Below the pieces are notes generated by a model. The model did not search any database, was not told the origin of the DNA, and saw only the letters and a program-made list of their open reading frames with translations. From Blastocystis sp. Blastoise (Eukaryota; Protista; Bigyra: Opalinata), in the NCBI GenBank assembly GCA_039096225.1, contig JBBPEB010000002.1, positions 868,001 through 932,000 of the forward strand: a DNA stretch of 64,000 bases, in the 5' to 3' direction. This document shows, in pieces, positions 30,915 through 47,407 of this stretch. Each line of letters begins with the position of its first letter. The stretch's first letter is position 1. The translations under genes were made by a program, and so were the position numbers.

Positions 30915-32391
30915 TCAAATCTTAGGTTCTGAATTATTCGCTTCATCTTCTTCTTCTTTTTGTTTCTTTAAATTCTCAATATATATCTTTGATTCTTCAT
31001 CTAATTTATTCATCATTTGCTCTATTTCTTCTTGACCTACACATCGTTGCTTCTCTATATCCTCAATAAACGGTATCAATTCTGTAGACTCAATAAAAAC
31101 ACCACAATTCTCTAATTTCTTTTGTAAAAATGGATCTTTCACGGTTAAACCCTATTTATAAATTTATTATTTAGTAAAGAAATATTGTTATTATTATAAG
31201 CATAGTAATGATACTATGTATAATAGTAATGATTATTATAACTATAATAATATGTATATAATAATTTTTTTTTAAATAATAATAATAACTACAATAATAT
31301 GTATATAATAATTAAAATAATAATAATAACTACAATAACTATGTATATAATAATTAAAATAATAATAATAACTGCAATAACTATGCTAATAATATTAATA
31401 TATACATCTTCCATCGAAGATACGATTCCCTCCGTGATCCCCCGACAAAGTCCCCTACTGTCAACGACAGGACCCCCACACATGCCTTGGGTCAGATTCT
31501 CTTCAGTCTTCGCAAATATACGGTGATTAGAGGCCGCTAATAATTGACCAGGCACTTTCTATATAGATATAGAATATATTCTATTTTAGAATATACATAA
31601 AGTATAGTATACTATATTATACTATACAATAATAATATACTTCAGTATGAATAATTATAATCATATATATATATACTCGTGGTAATAAGATACTAACATC
31701 TTCTTGTTTCTCTTCATCATATTTCTCTTTTAAATCATGACCTAAAAATAATACTTTCTATATAAGTTAACACATATATATAACATAAAAACTAATTAAA
31801 ATACAATAAAAACTGTTTTTATTTAATATATAATAATGATAATAATGATAATAATATATATATATATACTTCTCCTTTTTGAACGGGTTGTTTTGATAAT
31901 TCTAATGGATTTATACTTATACCCATTTCCTTTAATTCACTTAATGCCTGACCCTCTTTATTCAAATGAATCACACACACATCTCTATATTTATATATAT
32001 AAAATTGAGAAAATAAAAACACAAATATATATAGAATATACTTTGAAGGATGAGAATACAACCTATTATCTGCTCCAAGACGCTTTATAATTTGTCCATT
32101 CATCATATCTCGTAATTCTATTGTAAAAATGACATGATTCTCATGAATTGCCTGTAACCAAGGATATTTATCCGTTGGATAGTAACCAGGAAAAAGATAA
32201 GGAGCTGTCACATGGAATGGCGCAAAGAAATGATAATTTGTCTCCCAACTCTTATCAGCCTTAACTGCAAAGGTTGATCCACGACTCAAAACCTCGAATT
32301 TTTCCATACCTAATTCTGGAACACGAAACCAAGATGTACATGATAAAACTATTTTATTCCAATTCTTATTTATCAAAGATATTGTACTCAT
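30915..32391 (-). CDS. Trypsin/chymotrypsin-fold peptidase with a Cys nucleophile, 5 exons
   Basis: Ordered motifs GSTFAV, FAPFHV (His), HPSKDVCVIHL (Asp), VLFLGH, LTQGMCGGPVVDSRGLCRGITEG. Confidence 0.75.
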
Positions 32392-32796
32392 TGTGAAAAA
32401 AAAAAAGAAAAAAAATATTGCCTTTCTTTACTTTTTTATTCTTTATATATGTGTCTATAATTTTAATAAAATAGTATAAAATTCTACATTGTCAATTTTA
32501 CATCGCTATTTATGTGTAGAAATTAATAAAATATGTAGTTAACATATGACAAAATGTGAATGTGGCAACAAAGTTGATATAGAGATGAGTTTATTATATA
32601 TATTGACTATAATGAATGAAAAAAATAATGAATGATTATTAGAACTATATACATTCGTTACACAAGAAAATAGGCGAGATAATTTACAAGAAAATAAAAA
32701 TTTGATTTGAATAAAATTCATTAGAATAGTAAAGCAAAAGAAAATAAAACAATAAAAAAAAAGAAGAGAAATATAATGAATTAAAATAGAATGAAT

Positions 32797-34529
32797 TTAC
32801 TTTTCTTTCTTTGTTTCTTCTTCTTCTCCTGTATGTTCTTCCTCTTCCTCTTCATACATATGATCAGGGCATTCTGAACAATAGCAAGTTAGAATATCAT
32901 TCATATTCTGTCCTTCTATAGGGAAAAACCAACGAGAACAAAAAGGTTCACCCATCATATTAACAAAACAATCATAACGATTTTGCTATAAAAGAATAAA
33001 CATCATTATATATATGATTAAGAATATATTATATTTGTAATATATAGAGAAATATAGAAATAATAATAATAATAAAAATAAACATACTTCTCTGTTTTCA
33101 AATCCACGTTGAGATAAATACGAAGCATAGGACAAATCATCTTCAATAGATTTTAACTATAAGTATATTAATAATAATAAATATATAATAATAAAAAATA
33201 TATAATAATAAAAAATATATAATAATAAAAAAAAATTAATAATAATAAAATATTTAATAATAATAATAAAATATTTAATAATAATAATAAACTATATACT
33301 TGATCATGAAGCATGATAGCTAAGAAGATGATAAATATAATACTAAAGAATACTTCTAATGCTAATAATATAGAGGGAAATAAAGACCAAGAAATGATAG
33401 GATAGTGTAAATTATGTTGCTTTATAAAAGGAATAGCGGCTAGCATAGGAAACACACGTTCAAATGGTACCCAATAAACATCATCAGACTAGAGCAATAT
33501 AAGTATTATAAGGAGAGTAATAATATTAAAATAATAACTATAAAAGAAACACTCTGGAATATATATAATACATAATAATAATAGAATAAAAAGAAATAAA
33601 AACAATAAATATTATTAACATAAAAACACACATCATTTTCTCTTATATATATTAATATATATATACATTAGTAACTAGAGAATAGATTTGATATAATTTT
33701 AATGTTCCCAGTATAAATCCATAAAGTTCTCCAATCAAAGCATATACTAAAAATAAAATAAAATATTTTTGATTTCTGGCACCAATACAATTATTAACCC
33801 AACTATATATATAAAATAATAATAATAAATCATATATATATAAATAATAATAATAAATCATATATATATAAATAATAATAATAAATCATATATATAAAAT
33901 AATAATAATAAATCATATATATATAAATAATAAAATAAATCATATATATAAAATAATAATAATAATAAAATATACGGGCAATGATGGTCTTGTTTTAATA
34001 CACAAACACCACAAGTACTACAATGATAAGCACGAATAGGTCTCAATGAATCACATTGTCTATATACATATATAAAACAATATTATTGAACAAAGTATAA
34101 ATATATTAATAAATTATAGATACTCGCAAATCAGACGTTCAGCACGAATTGCCTCATACTTGGAAGCAGGATCTAACTAAGCAATTGATAAGAAAAAGTG
34201 AATAATTGTTTATATTTTATCGAATTTACATGTAAGTCCACAACTGGTGAACCTGGATTTGTAAATGCAGTAGCAAATTCACACCAAAAAGTCATAACTG
34301 AAAAGAAAAGGAAAACACATATATGAAAGGCTGCCCATAAAGGATTTTCAAATTGATCAATAATAGCGTACTTAACTGTACAAAAAGCTACAAAAGAAAT
34401 TTGAAGTAATCCCTATATATATACACACATTAAAAATAATCGAAACGATAATAAAATATTAGATACAAGTGGAAATGCCATCCAACCCATAGGACTGTTA
34501 TATATACACCAGCATCGACTATTCGCCAT
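32797..34529 (-). CDS. DHHC-type palmitoyltransferase
   Basis: [57 protein letters not shown], with transmembrane segments. Confidence 0.93.
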
Positions 34530-35301
34530 ATCTATACGAATTAAAAAGAAAACAAGAATAGAATTATTTCTCTAAGAAGTTATTCTGTTTTATTTATCAT
34601 TTGTTGCGTGTAAATTGAAAATTAATTATGATTCTTTTTTAAAAATTTGCTTATCGTTTTTCTATTCGTTCAAAAGGTTAATAGAATATGATAAAGTTTG
34701 TTTTAGAGCTACAACTGTTTTAGAATTACTGAAAATAAATATTGATGAAAAATATATACTTTTATTGAAATCTCATTTGAATAAGGTGATTTACATTTCC
34801 AAAACATTGTTCAATGTGACTCATTATATTTTTGATATACCTAAATGACAAAATTAGCATTGATCAATTAAATTATTTAGTTCATGATTCAATTCATTCA
34901 TAATTATTGTCAATTTCACTTATTGTTGGTCACTTTCAGGAAGATTATTTTAAGTCTTCTTCAAGTGAAACGTAAATATTTTTTATGAAAACGAAAATTT
35001 ATATATATTCTTTATATTAAAAAAAGTTTTATATTAAAAACAGTTATAAAAGTATATATAAATATTGTTCATATTTGAATTATATATAATACTTGGAATT
35101 AAAAATTAAAACATACGGGTACTAAAAAATAATAGGAAGATAGTAATAAAAAAAAGTTATTAAAAGTAAAAATAGAGAAAAAGTGAAGAAAAATAAATTA
35201 AAAAAAAGAGTAAGAAATGATGATAAATATTGTTTTGTTATATATATATATATATATAAATGATAAAAATAATTAGAGTATAGGATAGTATGATATATAG
35301 A

Positions 35302-36916
35302 TTAAGCGTATCTAGAAGATCTAAAGAACGGATGACACACCGCATCTTCTAAACGCATTCTATCCTCTGGCTTTTGACGAAGTAATTTATATATATATAT
35401 GTATATGTATGTATTTTTATATTTAAAAAAATAGTATATGAGAATGATTCAATATATATATATATATAATATATATATATATATACTTATATATAATATC
35501 TTGAGCTTCTGGCGATACAGGTTCAGGGAACGGTAATTCTTCACCATCACGAAACATCATAAAGAGGGGGTCTGAGGGATTATTTTCATCTGCAACACCA
35601 GTTAATAATTCATAAATTAATACACCAAAAGACCATGCTTCAGCTCTCATATCATATTTCCCGCGGTTACCGAGTTCTGGAGCCATATAATCAATAGTAC
35701 CACAATAGGTAGTTCGTCGCTTCTTTTTCATTCCGTTGATTCGCTCATTCTGACAAATTGACCAACCAAAATCACCCAATTTGACAACTACATCACTACT
35801 CTATATATATATAGTTATATTGTTTATAAATATAATATATATATATAGTTATATTGTTTATAAGTATAATATATATATATATAGTAATATTGTTTATAAA
35901 TATAATATATATATATTCATATATATACACCAGTAGTAGAAGTCATTAATACATTTTCTGGTTTTAGATCGCGATGCATAATCCCAAATTTATGACAATA
36001 TATAAGAGCACTATATATATATATAATAATAATATATGAGTATATGATGAAAATAAAATTGATTATAATAATAATATATATATATACGCAAGCACTTGAG
36101 AAGATAGATATGCTACAATAGGTTCTGAAAACCTTCTGTCATCCTGAACAAAGAAATAATTATATAAAGTACCACGATTAGCCCATTCCATTACTACATG
36201 TACTATATATATATATATATAAGAGGAATTATAATAGTATAATAATAATGTGATGAATATTATAAATAACTATATATATATATATAACTATATATATATA
36301 CCTCTAGCGTCTTGGATAAATGCACCATAAACTCGAAGAATATTGGGATGATGCAATTTAGATTGTATCTATATATATATATACATTGATTTCATAATAA
36401 TAATAAATAATATTATAAAAAACACATAATAAAGAAAAAACATAATTATTAACAATTCTATAAATAACACATAATAATAAACACATAATAAAGAATAATA
36501 AAAACTAATGATCTATACATTAATTTCTCTGGCTAGTTGGTCTATGATCCCATCTTTATAAAATCGTTCGATATACATAATTTTCATGGCTACAACTTTT
36601 CCGGATTCTTTCTCTTTCACTTTATATACTTTTCCTATTTCCTTAATAAACATATATTTAGATATATGACATACCGTATTGGCCTTCACCCAAACATTTT
36701 CCAATAAAGAAATCATTCAAGATCCATCCACGATGAATTTTCTATAAGAAAATATGTATACTTATAAAACTGATAGTTATAGATTTCAGTAATATCATAC
36801 AAACAATTTGTGAATGTAAACAGTAAGAAAAAAACAAAATATAAATACTTGTTCGCCATTTGATTGATTTGCAGGGTTTTCTTTTGATGTCTCGCTTGTC
36901 GCATATCTCTATGCAT
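35302..36916 (-). CDS. Divergent Aurora-like Ser/Thr kinase (last intron has a non-canonical acceptor)
   Basis: WILNDFFIGKCLGEGQYGKVY..VAMK..QLAREINIQSKLHHPNILRVYG..HRDLKPEN..LGDFGWS..RRTTYCGTIDYMAPE. Confidence 0.85.
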
Positions 36917-37641
36917 GATTATAAGAGTGTTTTAAGATAATATACGTTTGGAAACCTTTGCTGCATTTGAACTGAACTTGGAATCGATACTATTTATCAA
37001 TATATTATTAACTGAATATCAAAGGTGATATGTATAGATAAGCACACGATAATAGAACAAATAAAATAAAGGCTAAATAGTAGCTAAAGAGAAAAATAAT
37101 TAAATTATTTAAAAAGAGTAACTGAAAATAATTTCAGTCGAAAAAAGATTTTGATTGATTCCTTTGTTTATTTCACTTGGATAGGGTAAATAGATTGAAA
37201 AATAGTTGCATCATGAATTAAATATCTATTATAGAAAAGCCTTTGGGTAAACTTGGGTGTTAAACAGGATTATTGATGAAAATTTGAATTATTTCGTTGT
37301 CTTTTCCAATTATTGAATTTGAAGAATGTTAAAAGAATGAAATTATGTACAAATATTTGCTACAATGTTATAAAATATAGTGTAAAAGTAGAAAAATACT
37401 TAATTCTCTTGTTTTCTAATTAATTTATGACTTTATGCTTTTTATTTTATGTGAGGTTGATGATAATTAGCACATGAAGAGAAGTCTATAGAAGAAACAA
37501 AGAGAGATTGCTATTGAAGAGTAAATGTTTTGAAATGAGTTTCTTATTTCAATAATAAGTAATAAAAATAAAAAAAAATAATGAATATAGTATGGAGAAT
37601 AGACTAAGTTTTATTTAAATAGATTTATAAAGAGAATAAGT

Positions 37642-38130
37642 TTATATATTCCAATTTGGTTTTCTCTTTTCAAAAAAAGCGCTAATCCCCTCTTGTGCTT
37701 TTTTTCCCTGTCGAATATCTGTTAACATATCAACAGATATATTCATATTCTCACTATATATATTTATAATATAAATGAAAAGATTTTATGAATATATAGA
37801 ATAATGTGAGTGTAATGAAATAATAATAATATTTATTATTGAATAATTATATATATATATATACTCAGTAATTATAGAGTTTGAAATTCTATTCACAAGT
37901 TCTTTTCCTTTTCGTATCGATTCTGGAGAATTATTTCTATGTATATAATAATAATAATAATAATAATAATTCTTTATATATATAAGTATATATATACAAT
38001 ATCATGTGAATCCATTTTTGTTTAAATTGTTCTAAATCACTTTCAGATGGAACAATTTCATCAATGAGACCAATATTTTGTGCTTTTTCTGAATTAATCT
38101 TTTCACATGTAATAAAATATCTTCTATAGA

Positions 38131-38167
<37 letters not shown>

Positions 38168-39193
38168 TTTATATAACAATATAACAATATATATTACTTT
38201 GCCTTTATTGAGCCTATACGGTTAATAATAAATGGCGAAATAGTCGCGGGAATTAATCCTAATTTAGCCTGTATATATAAATAGTATATATATTAATAAT
38301 ATTTATATATAGAATACCATTAATAAATATTCTATATATATATATATATACTTCAGAGAACATAAACCATGAGGACTGAGTGACTACAGATAAATCACAT
38401 GAAGCGATTAATCCTAACCCTCCACCTAAAGCAGGTCCCTATATATATAATATATATATATATATATAAGAAAAATAATTATAATAATAGTGTATACATA
38501 TAAAAACATCATAATATATTAAATAAAGAATAAAAATAATTAAATATATATATATATAAGATAATAATAAAAGCTATATATATATATATATATACTTGAC
38601 ATAAACATAGAGTAGGAAAAGGAGAAGAATATAATAGATATAACATATGAGATAATCTATATGCATCTTCTTTATTCTCTTTATAGGTATATCTATAGAT
38701 TTAATAATATAATAGATAATATAGTATAGTATCTATATATAGCATATAGATATATTAATACAAACTAATATATATATATATATACTTTGCTGTTTGTTTC
38801 ATCCAATTTAAGTCGGCTCCAGCACTGAAATGAGTACCTTCACTTGATAATATTAATCCTCGAATATCTACATAAATATGAGAAATAAACATTGAAATCT
38901 ATTCATACAATAAAGAAGGATTCCAAAAATATATTAATAAGAGATATACTTTGATTAGCATGTAATAATTCAAATAGATCAGTTAAATCAGTGATAGTTT
39001 TATCTGTAAATGCATTCTTCTTTTCAGATCTTGTTAACACAATGTTAGCCATAAAATCATCAGTAATCTAAATGTTTATCTTGATAAAAAAAACAAATAC
39101 TGTTAATCGCGCATATTTTTTTGAAACTGTACTGACTGACATACAGAATGGACTTAGTGTCCTTCTAGTAATGGAATGACAAAGAGAAAACAT
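37642..39193 (-). CDS. Crotonase-family enoyl-CoA hydratase, probably a methylglutaconyl-CoA hydratase (LiuC-like), with a mitochondrial presequence
   Basis: KKNAF..HFSAGADLNWMK..GPALGGGLGLIASCD..FSEAKLGLIPATISPFI..QEGISAFFEKRKPNW. Confidence 0.88.
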
Positions 39194-39326
39194 CACTTAA
39201 ATGAATAAATAGATGCAAAATAAGAAAACGTTGAAATTTTTTAAACTAGTTGAAACAATCTGAAAACAGGTTGTTCTTTTTTTATTAATTTAGCTTCATT
39301 TTTTATTATTTTTGAGAAGAATAACT

Positions 39327-40477
39327 ATGTCGAAAGGAAAGAATTCAAACCCTGCTGATCAGTATAGAAAAATGCAGAAGAAACGAGTATCTTTAGTGAT
39401 TCATTAGTATGTATTGTCGTAGGAAATCAAAAAATGTAAGATGCAAACGATGCAAAATAGAAAGCTTATGAATGAAGCAAGAGATCCTCATAAATTACGT
39501 GAACGTGTATACATTTTTATTCTTTTGTTTCTTTCAAATCATGTTTTTATTGAGTAATTATTTTTGTAGATTAAGAATTTAGATGAAGAAGAGAAAAAGG
39601 GTAGAATTACAGCTGAAATGAGACTGGAAAGAAAGAATGTATACTTTTTTAATTCGCTTTTATTATATATATATTTTTTGTATTTTTTAAAATTTTCTAG
39701 CTTAAGATTCAATTATCAAAAGTTATGGAAAAGGAAGAAGAACATGATCGATTAGAAAATGAAAGAAAAAGAAAAATATTAGAGTATTTTTTTCTATTCT
39801 CTTTTTTTAATATTTATTTGAAAAAATAATTTGTTTGTATATATAGAAAAGCTTTGAAAGAACCTCTAAATCAATTAGGTATATAATATATATTATATAA
39901 TATATAATATATATAATATATAATATATATAGATTCTTCTTCTTCTTCTATTCCTTCTTCTTCTTCTATTCCAGGAATGAATCCTTCCTATACACCTGTG
40001 AATGCAAATAATAGTTTTAATCTTCCTTATTGTGCTCCCTATGGTACATATATGTTTCCTACTAATTCTCTTCCTTATAACTATATGAATATACCTCCTC
40101 CTCCACCTCTTCCAGCCAATCAGATGCCAGCCGTTCACTCTCTAACCAATCAAATAATGACATCCTCAGAATCTGCTGTTAAATCATTAAATATAAAAAA
40201 ACAGAAAGAATCCGAAACATTTGATGGATTTGTATATATGATTATTTTAATATTATTCTTATTAATATTATATATATTATAGGATTCTTTTAGGAATAAT
40301 AATGATATAAAATCAGAAAATAAAGTATATTGATGTTATGTTTATTATATATATATATATATATTTATTTTTAGGATAATTCTTCAACAGAGATTTCAAG
40401 TATATATATAAATATAATTCTATATAAATATAATTCTATAGCCACATCAGTTACTCCATCAGTACCAACTGCTATTG

Positions 40478-40511
<34 letters not shown>

Positions 40512-41280
40512 TCACTCTTTTTGTTTATTTTAGTTTATTCTCTAGTCAACATAAATAAGTCTATTAATATATATATAGCCATTTTTACCATCAAAATCTA
40601 CAGTTTCAGTTCGTAAGCAAACAATTATTATAGCAGAGTCACCTATTGCAAAACCTACTTTTATTCCTACAAAGAAACCAGTAGTAACTCCATCCGTTAC
40701 AGTCCCTCTTCCTTCTGTTACAAATAACGTACAATCTGTACCTTCATCCAGTACAACAGAGACTAATTCATTGGATAATTCACAAAATTCTGTAACTGAG
40801 TCTAAACTGAAATCTTCTACATCTCCTTCTTCTTCTTCTCTATTCTCTATGCTTGGTAATTATGAAGAAGATGAAGATAGTAGCGATAGTGATGACAATA
40901 AAAATAATAATACTATTAATAAGGAAACAATATCTTCAAATTCCCCAGAAACACAATTATTTTCTACATTTCAATATGCACCTGGTCCCAAATTACGTAA
41001 ATTAGGTCCTATTGTTCCTGTTTCTACTCCTACTACTGGTAATAATAGTGATAATAATAATAATAGTAAAGATAATAAAGATAATGAAGATAATAATAAA
41101 GATAATAATAAAGTTAATGTACCAGGTATATTTTTGTCTATATTATTCATTTTTTTAATACTATTTTTATTAAATAACTATTCTATATGTAAAATCATTC
41201 TATTATGCAATATATATATATATATAGAAAAGGATTCAAATGAAGCATTTAATAAGTTTATGGCTGATCTTGGGTTTTAA
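39327..41280 (+). CDS. WBP11: WW domain-binding protein 11 (splicing factor), many small exons
   Basis: N-terminus NPADQYRKMQKKREIKK..RDP matches the Wbp11 domain; Pro-rich middle; C-terminus DSNEAFNKFMADLGF*. Confidence 0.8.
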
Positions 41281-41720
41281 ACATTATTCTAAATCTCTAT
41301 ATATATATATATATATATTTATTTATCTTTTATAATAGATATCTTATTTGTTAAATAACAAATTATATGGTTCTTGAATGATAATAAAAATCTCTATAAA
41401 TAATAATAATTAGAATACTTTATATATTTCTAGATATTACTAATGAATTAAATACATATGAATTCATAGTGTTTACTACAAAACTTAAAAACAACTAAAC
41501 AATTATCTTGTTGAATATTAATAAAAAAAGTCTATATACTCAATCAAAAGACTTCATATATGGATAATAAATAAAAAAAAATTAAATAAAGAAACCAAAA
41601 AAAAAAAAGAAGGAGAAGAAAATTTTATATAATACAATAAACTACAAAATTAGAAAAAGAAATATAATAAAATGTATTTTATAAAACTGAAATAATTTAA
41701 TAATAGAATGATCTATTTGT

Positions 41721-42001
41721 TTATCGTTGGAACATATTTTTATCAAAAGGAAGAAGTTCAGTAGGTGTTTGGGAATAGTATTTCGGTGACGCAGTTAATA
41801 CTTCACAACCATGTTTAGTAACAAGAAGAGTATGTTCAAATTGTGCACTTCTCTTACCATCCGTAGTAGATACAGTCCAATTATCAGGCCATTGCATATC
41901 ATTAGAATTACCTTCATTAACCATAGGTTCAATAGTAAATGTCATTCCTTCTTTAATTACACCATAAGTCTTATTATCTATATAATAAAAATAAAAATAA
42001 A

Positions 42002-42050
<49 letters not shown>

Positions 42051-43406
42051 TATATATATATACTTCTAAAGTGTTGAATAGTAGGATTACAATGAAATAA
42101 ACGTCCAATTCCATGTCCACAATAATGTTTATCCACTTTAAACCCTGTAGGATCTATGATATCACTGATATAATTACCTATATCCTTTGCCTTCATACCT
42201 GGCTTAACTATATATATATATAATAAATATAATAGAATACATATAATAATAAATATAATAAATATAATAAATATAATAAATATAATAAATAAAATAAATA
42301 TAATAATTATAAAATATAATAAATAAAATATAGAATACATATAAATATACCTTTACTAATAGCATATCGAAGACTTTCATAAGTAGCTTCAACAAGTTTA
42401 ATAGAAGTTTCATCCACGTTTCCTACAAAATAAGTTTCATTAACATCTCCATGAAATCCATCTTTATATATAGTAACATCTAAATTAACGATATCCCCAT
42501 CTTCTAAAGGTCTTGAATCAGGTATACCGTGACATACTATCTCATTTACGGAACTATATATTGATATATATATAATATTAAGGGATTCAATTATATTGAG
42601 AAATAAGATGTAAAAGAATAAAAACAAAATTTAAAAAAATAGAATAATAAATATAAAAAAAAATATAATAAATTTACAAATAAACAAAAAAAAAACTTAC
42701 ACACAGACACTTTTGGGGAATAAATAATAATTTAATGGAGAAGGGTATACTTTACGTTGCATGCATGCTTCATGAACAATTATATCTAATTCTTCACCTG
42801 TTACACCTACTTTTACATGTTCTCCAGCTATATCTAAGACTTCACGAGCTACCTATATAGATATATATACATAGAATAATATAAATAAAATAAATGAAGA
42901 ATACTGAATATTATTAATTATAAAATAAATACTCTGCAAGCTTCTCTCATTCCTTCAATTTGCTTTTCATTTTTAATTTCAATGGCAAATCTATTTTCAG
43001 TCTCTTCACATAAAGAACTACCATCCTCTATAAATTACAAAATAAAAAAAAAAAACAATAAAAATAGATTTCATTCAGTAAAAAATATAAAAAAGAAGAA
43101 AATCATTATTCAATAGATACTTTTATCAGCGTAATCTGGACGTTCAATATCTTCATCAACAGGTCGTATAGGAGAAATCTTACCTGGTCTGATATCTCCA
43201 GCAAATTTAAAATTATGAAACATTGGATCTAAAGACTTCATTCTCTTATATTCTTCTACTTCATGGATAATTTTATGAGTCTTCCAAGCTTTAGAAAAAC
43301 ATTCCTTACTACAAAAATAGGCAGCAGGTAACTCTAATTTGAGACAAGTAGGACACTGAAGCTTACTCTCTTTTCCACAACCAGGAAATGAACAAATATG
43401 TGACAT
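41721..43406 (-). CDS. METAP1: Methionine aminopeptidase 1 with N-terminal zinc fingers
   Basis: [25 protein letters not shown]; [56 protein letters not shown]. Confidence 0.96.
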
Positions 43407-44063
43407 TACTTATATATATATTATATTAAATAAAAATAAAAATTAATTAAAAACGGGTATTCTTTTTCTGCGGGCAGTTGTTATTCCAAAACGGAAATTG
43501 CTAAATTGAGAAATATCTGTGAATATTTTGGTTTTTATAGGTTAAGTTCTCATTTTACCGTTATTCACGTATATTCGATAAATTAATTTTATAAAAAAAT
43601 GACATTTTTGAGGCATTAGAAGAATATAAAAAATATATTAAAGCTTAGGTTGAGTAATCAAGTCTTGGTGGTTAAATATTTTGATTCTTTCATCAATAAG
43701 AAAGTAATTATTATGAAAACAAATTATAATTATGATTCAAATAGTTTTTTACTATTGAAGAATAGTTGACAAAGAGAACTAATGATAGAAAAAAAGAATA
43801 TGAAATATATATCATACAAATTGTGCAAGAAAAGATAAATGATAAGAAAACGAGAGAATACCGATGAATATCGACTAATTGTGGGAATAAGAACAAATGG
43901 TCCTTGTTATTCTAGTTTTTTAATGATTTTTCGAAGGGAGAAACTTTCTGAGAACAATGTGATGATGAAACTATGATCTTTTTCTGATAAATAATTATTT
44001 TCATTTTGGCTTCATTGCCGTTGATTTTCTTTTGGTTTATAAGGCCTACAGAACTAGAAAAAA

Positions 44064-46354
<2,291 letters not shown>

Positions 46355-47407
46355 TATATCATTCATTTTTATATTCTATTTCTTTAATTTCTTTATAGTT
46401 TAATTATTTTCAATATCATTTCGTTTATTTCTTATTTCATACATATACTACTTTTTTAATTGTTACCTCTTCTTTTCTCTACTTGTTTTATCATATATTT
46501 ACTTTATATCATTATCATTAAGATAGATTATATTTATTTTTAATTCACTTGTTATATATATATATACACGTTATATGAGTTATTATTTTTGTTTGAGAGT
46601 GTATATACATATATATATATATATTTAATATTAATATTTTATTCTCATTTGAATTGGCTTTTATATATGATTTATCTTGGTATTTGTGAATGAAAATAAT
46701 ATACAGTAATATATACATAGATTCATGTGTTTTGTTGTATTTCAAATTATATTTAAACATTATTATTCATTCATTTTGATACAATGATTGTGTTTAGATG
46801 TCTATATAAATAAAAGTGACTTATATATTGTATCAAATATTTTTTTATTTAAAAGTAAGAATATATTTTTATATATAAACAATTATATTAGTACTCAATT
46901 ATTAATTAAACAGTGAAAAGGGATTAAATGAAAATTATTTATTCTATATTTCTTTGTAATGAAAACATATTTTTATCATATATAATACATAGAAAACTAT
47001 AGAATAGAAATGATTAATTCAATACTAAAATTAATATTTTCTTTTGCATCCATTTCTTATAACATTATATGAATTCTATCTTAGTATGCTTTATTTAATG
47101 ATAATGATTATTCTATTAAATTTTCATTCGATTGACATTTATATATATATACGATATTAATTTTTCTATTTTTTCTTTTTCTATATAGACAGTATAATAG
47201 AATATTCCTATCCTAGATCATTTTCATTCATTCCTTTGATTTATTCTTATCAGTAATATACGAATTATCATACACTAATATATTTATATGTTATTACAAA
47301 ACAATAAATAAATATAATATAAGATATAAAATAACTTTAAAATGAATAAATTATCTATAATTTTAAATAATAAATATCTTTGTTTCTTTCTATTTTATAA
47401 TTCCTTT

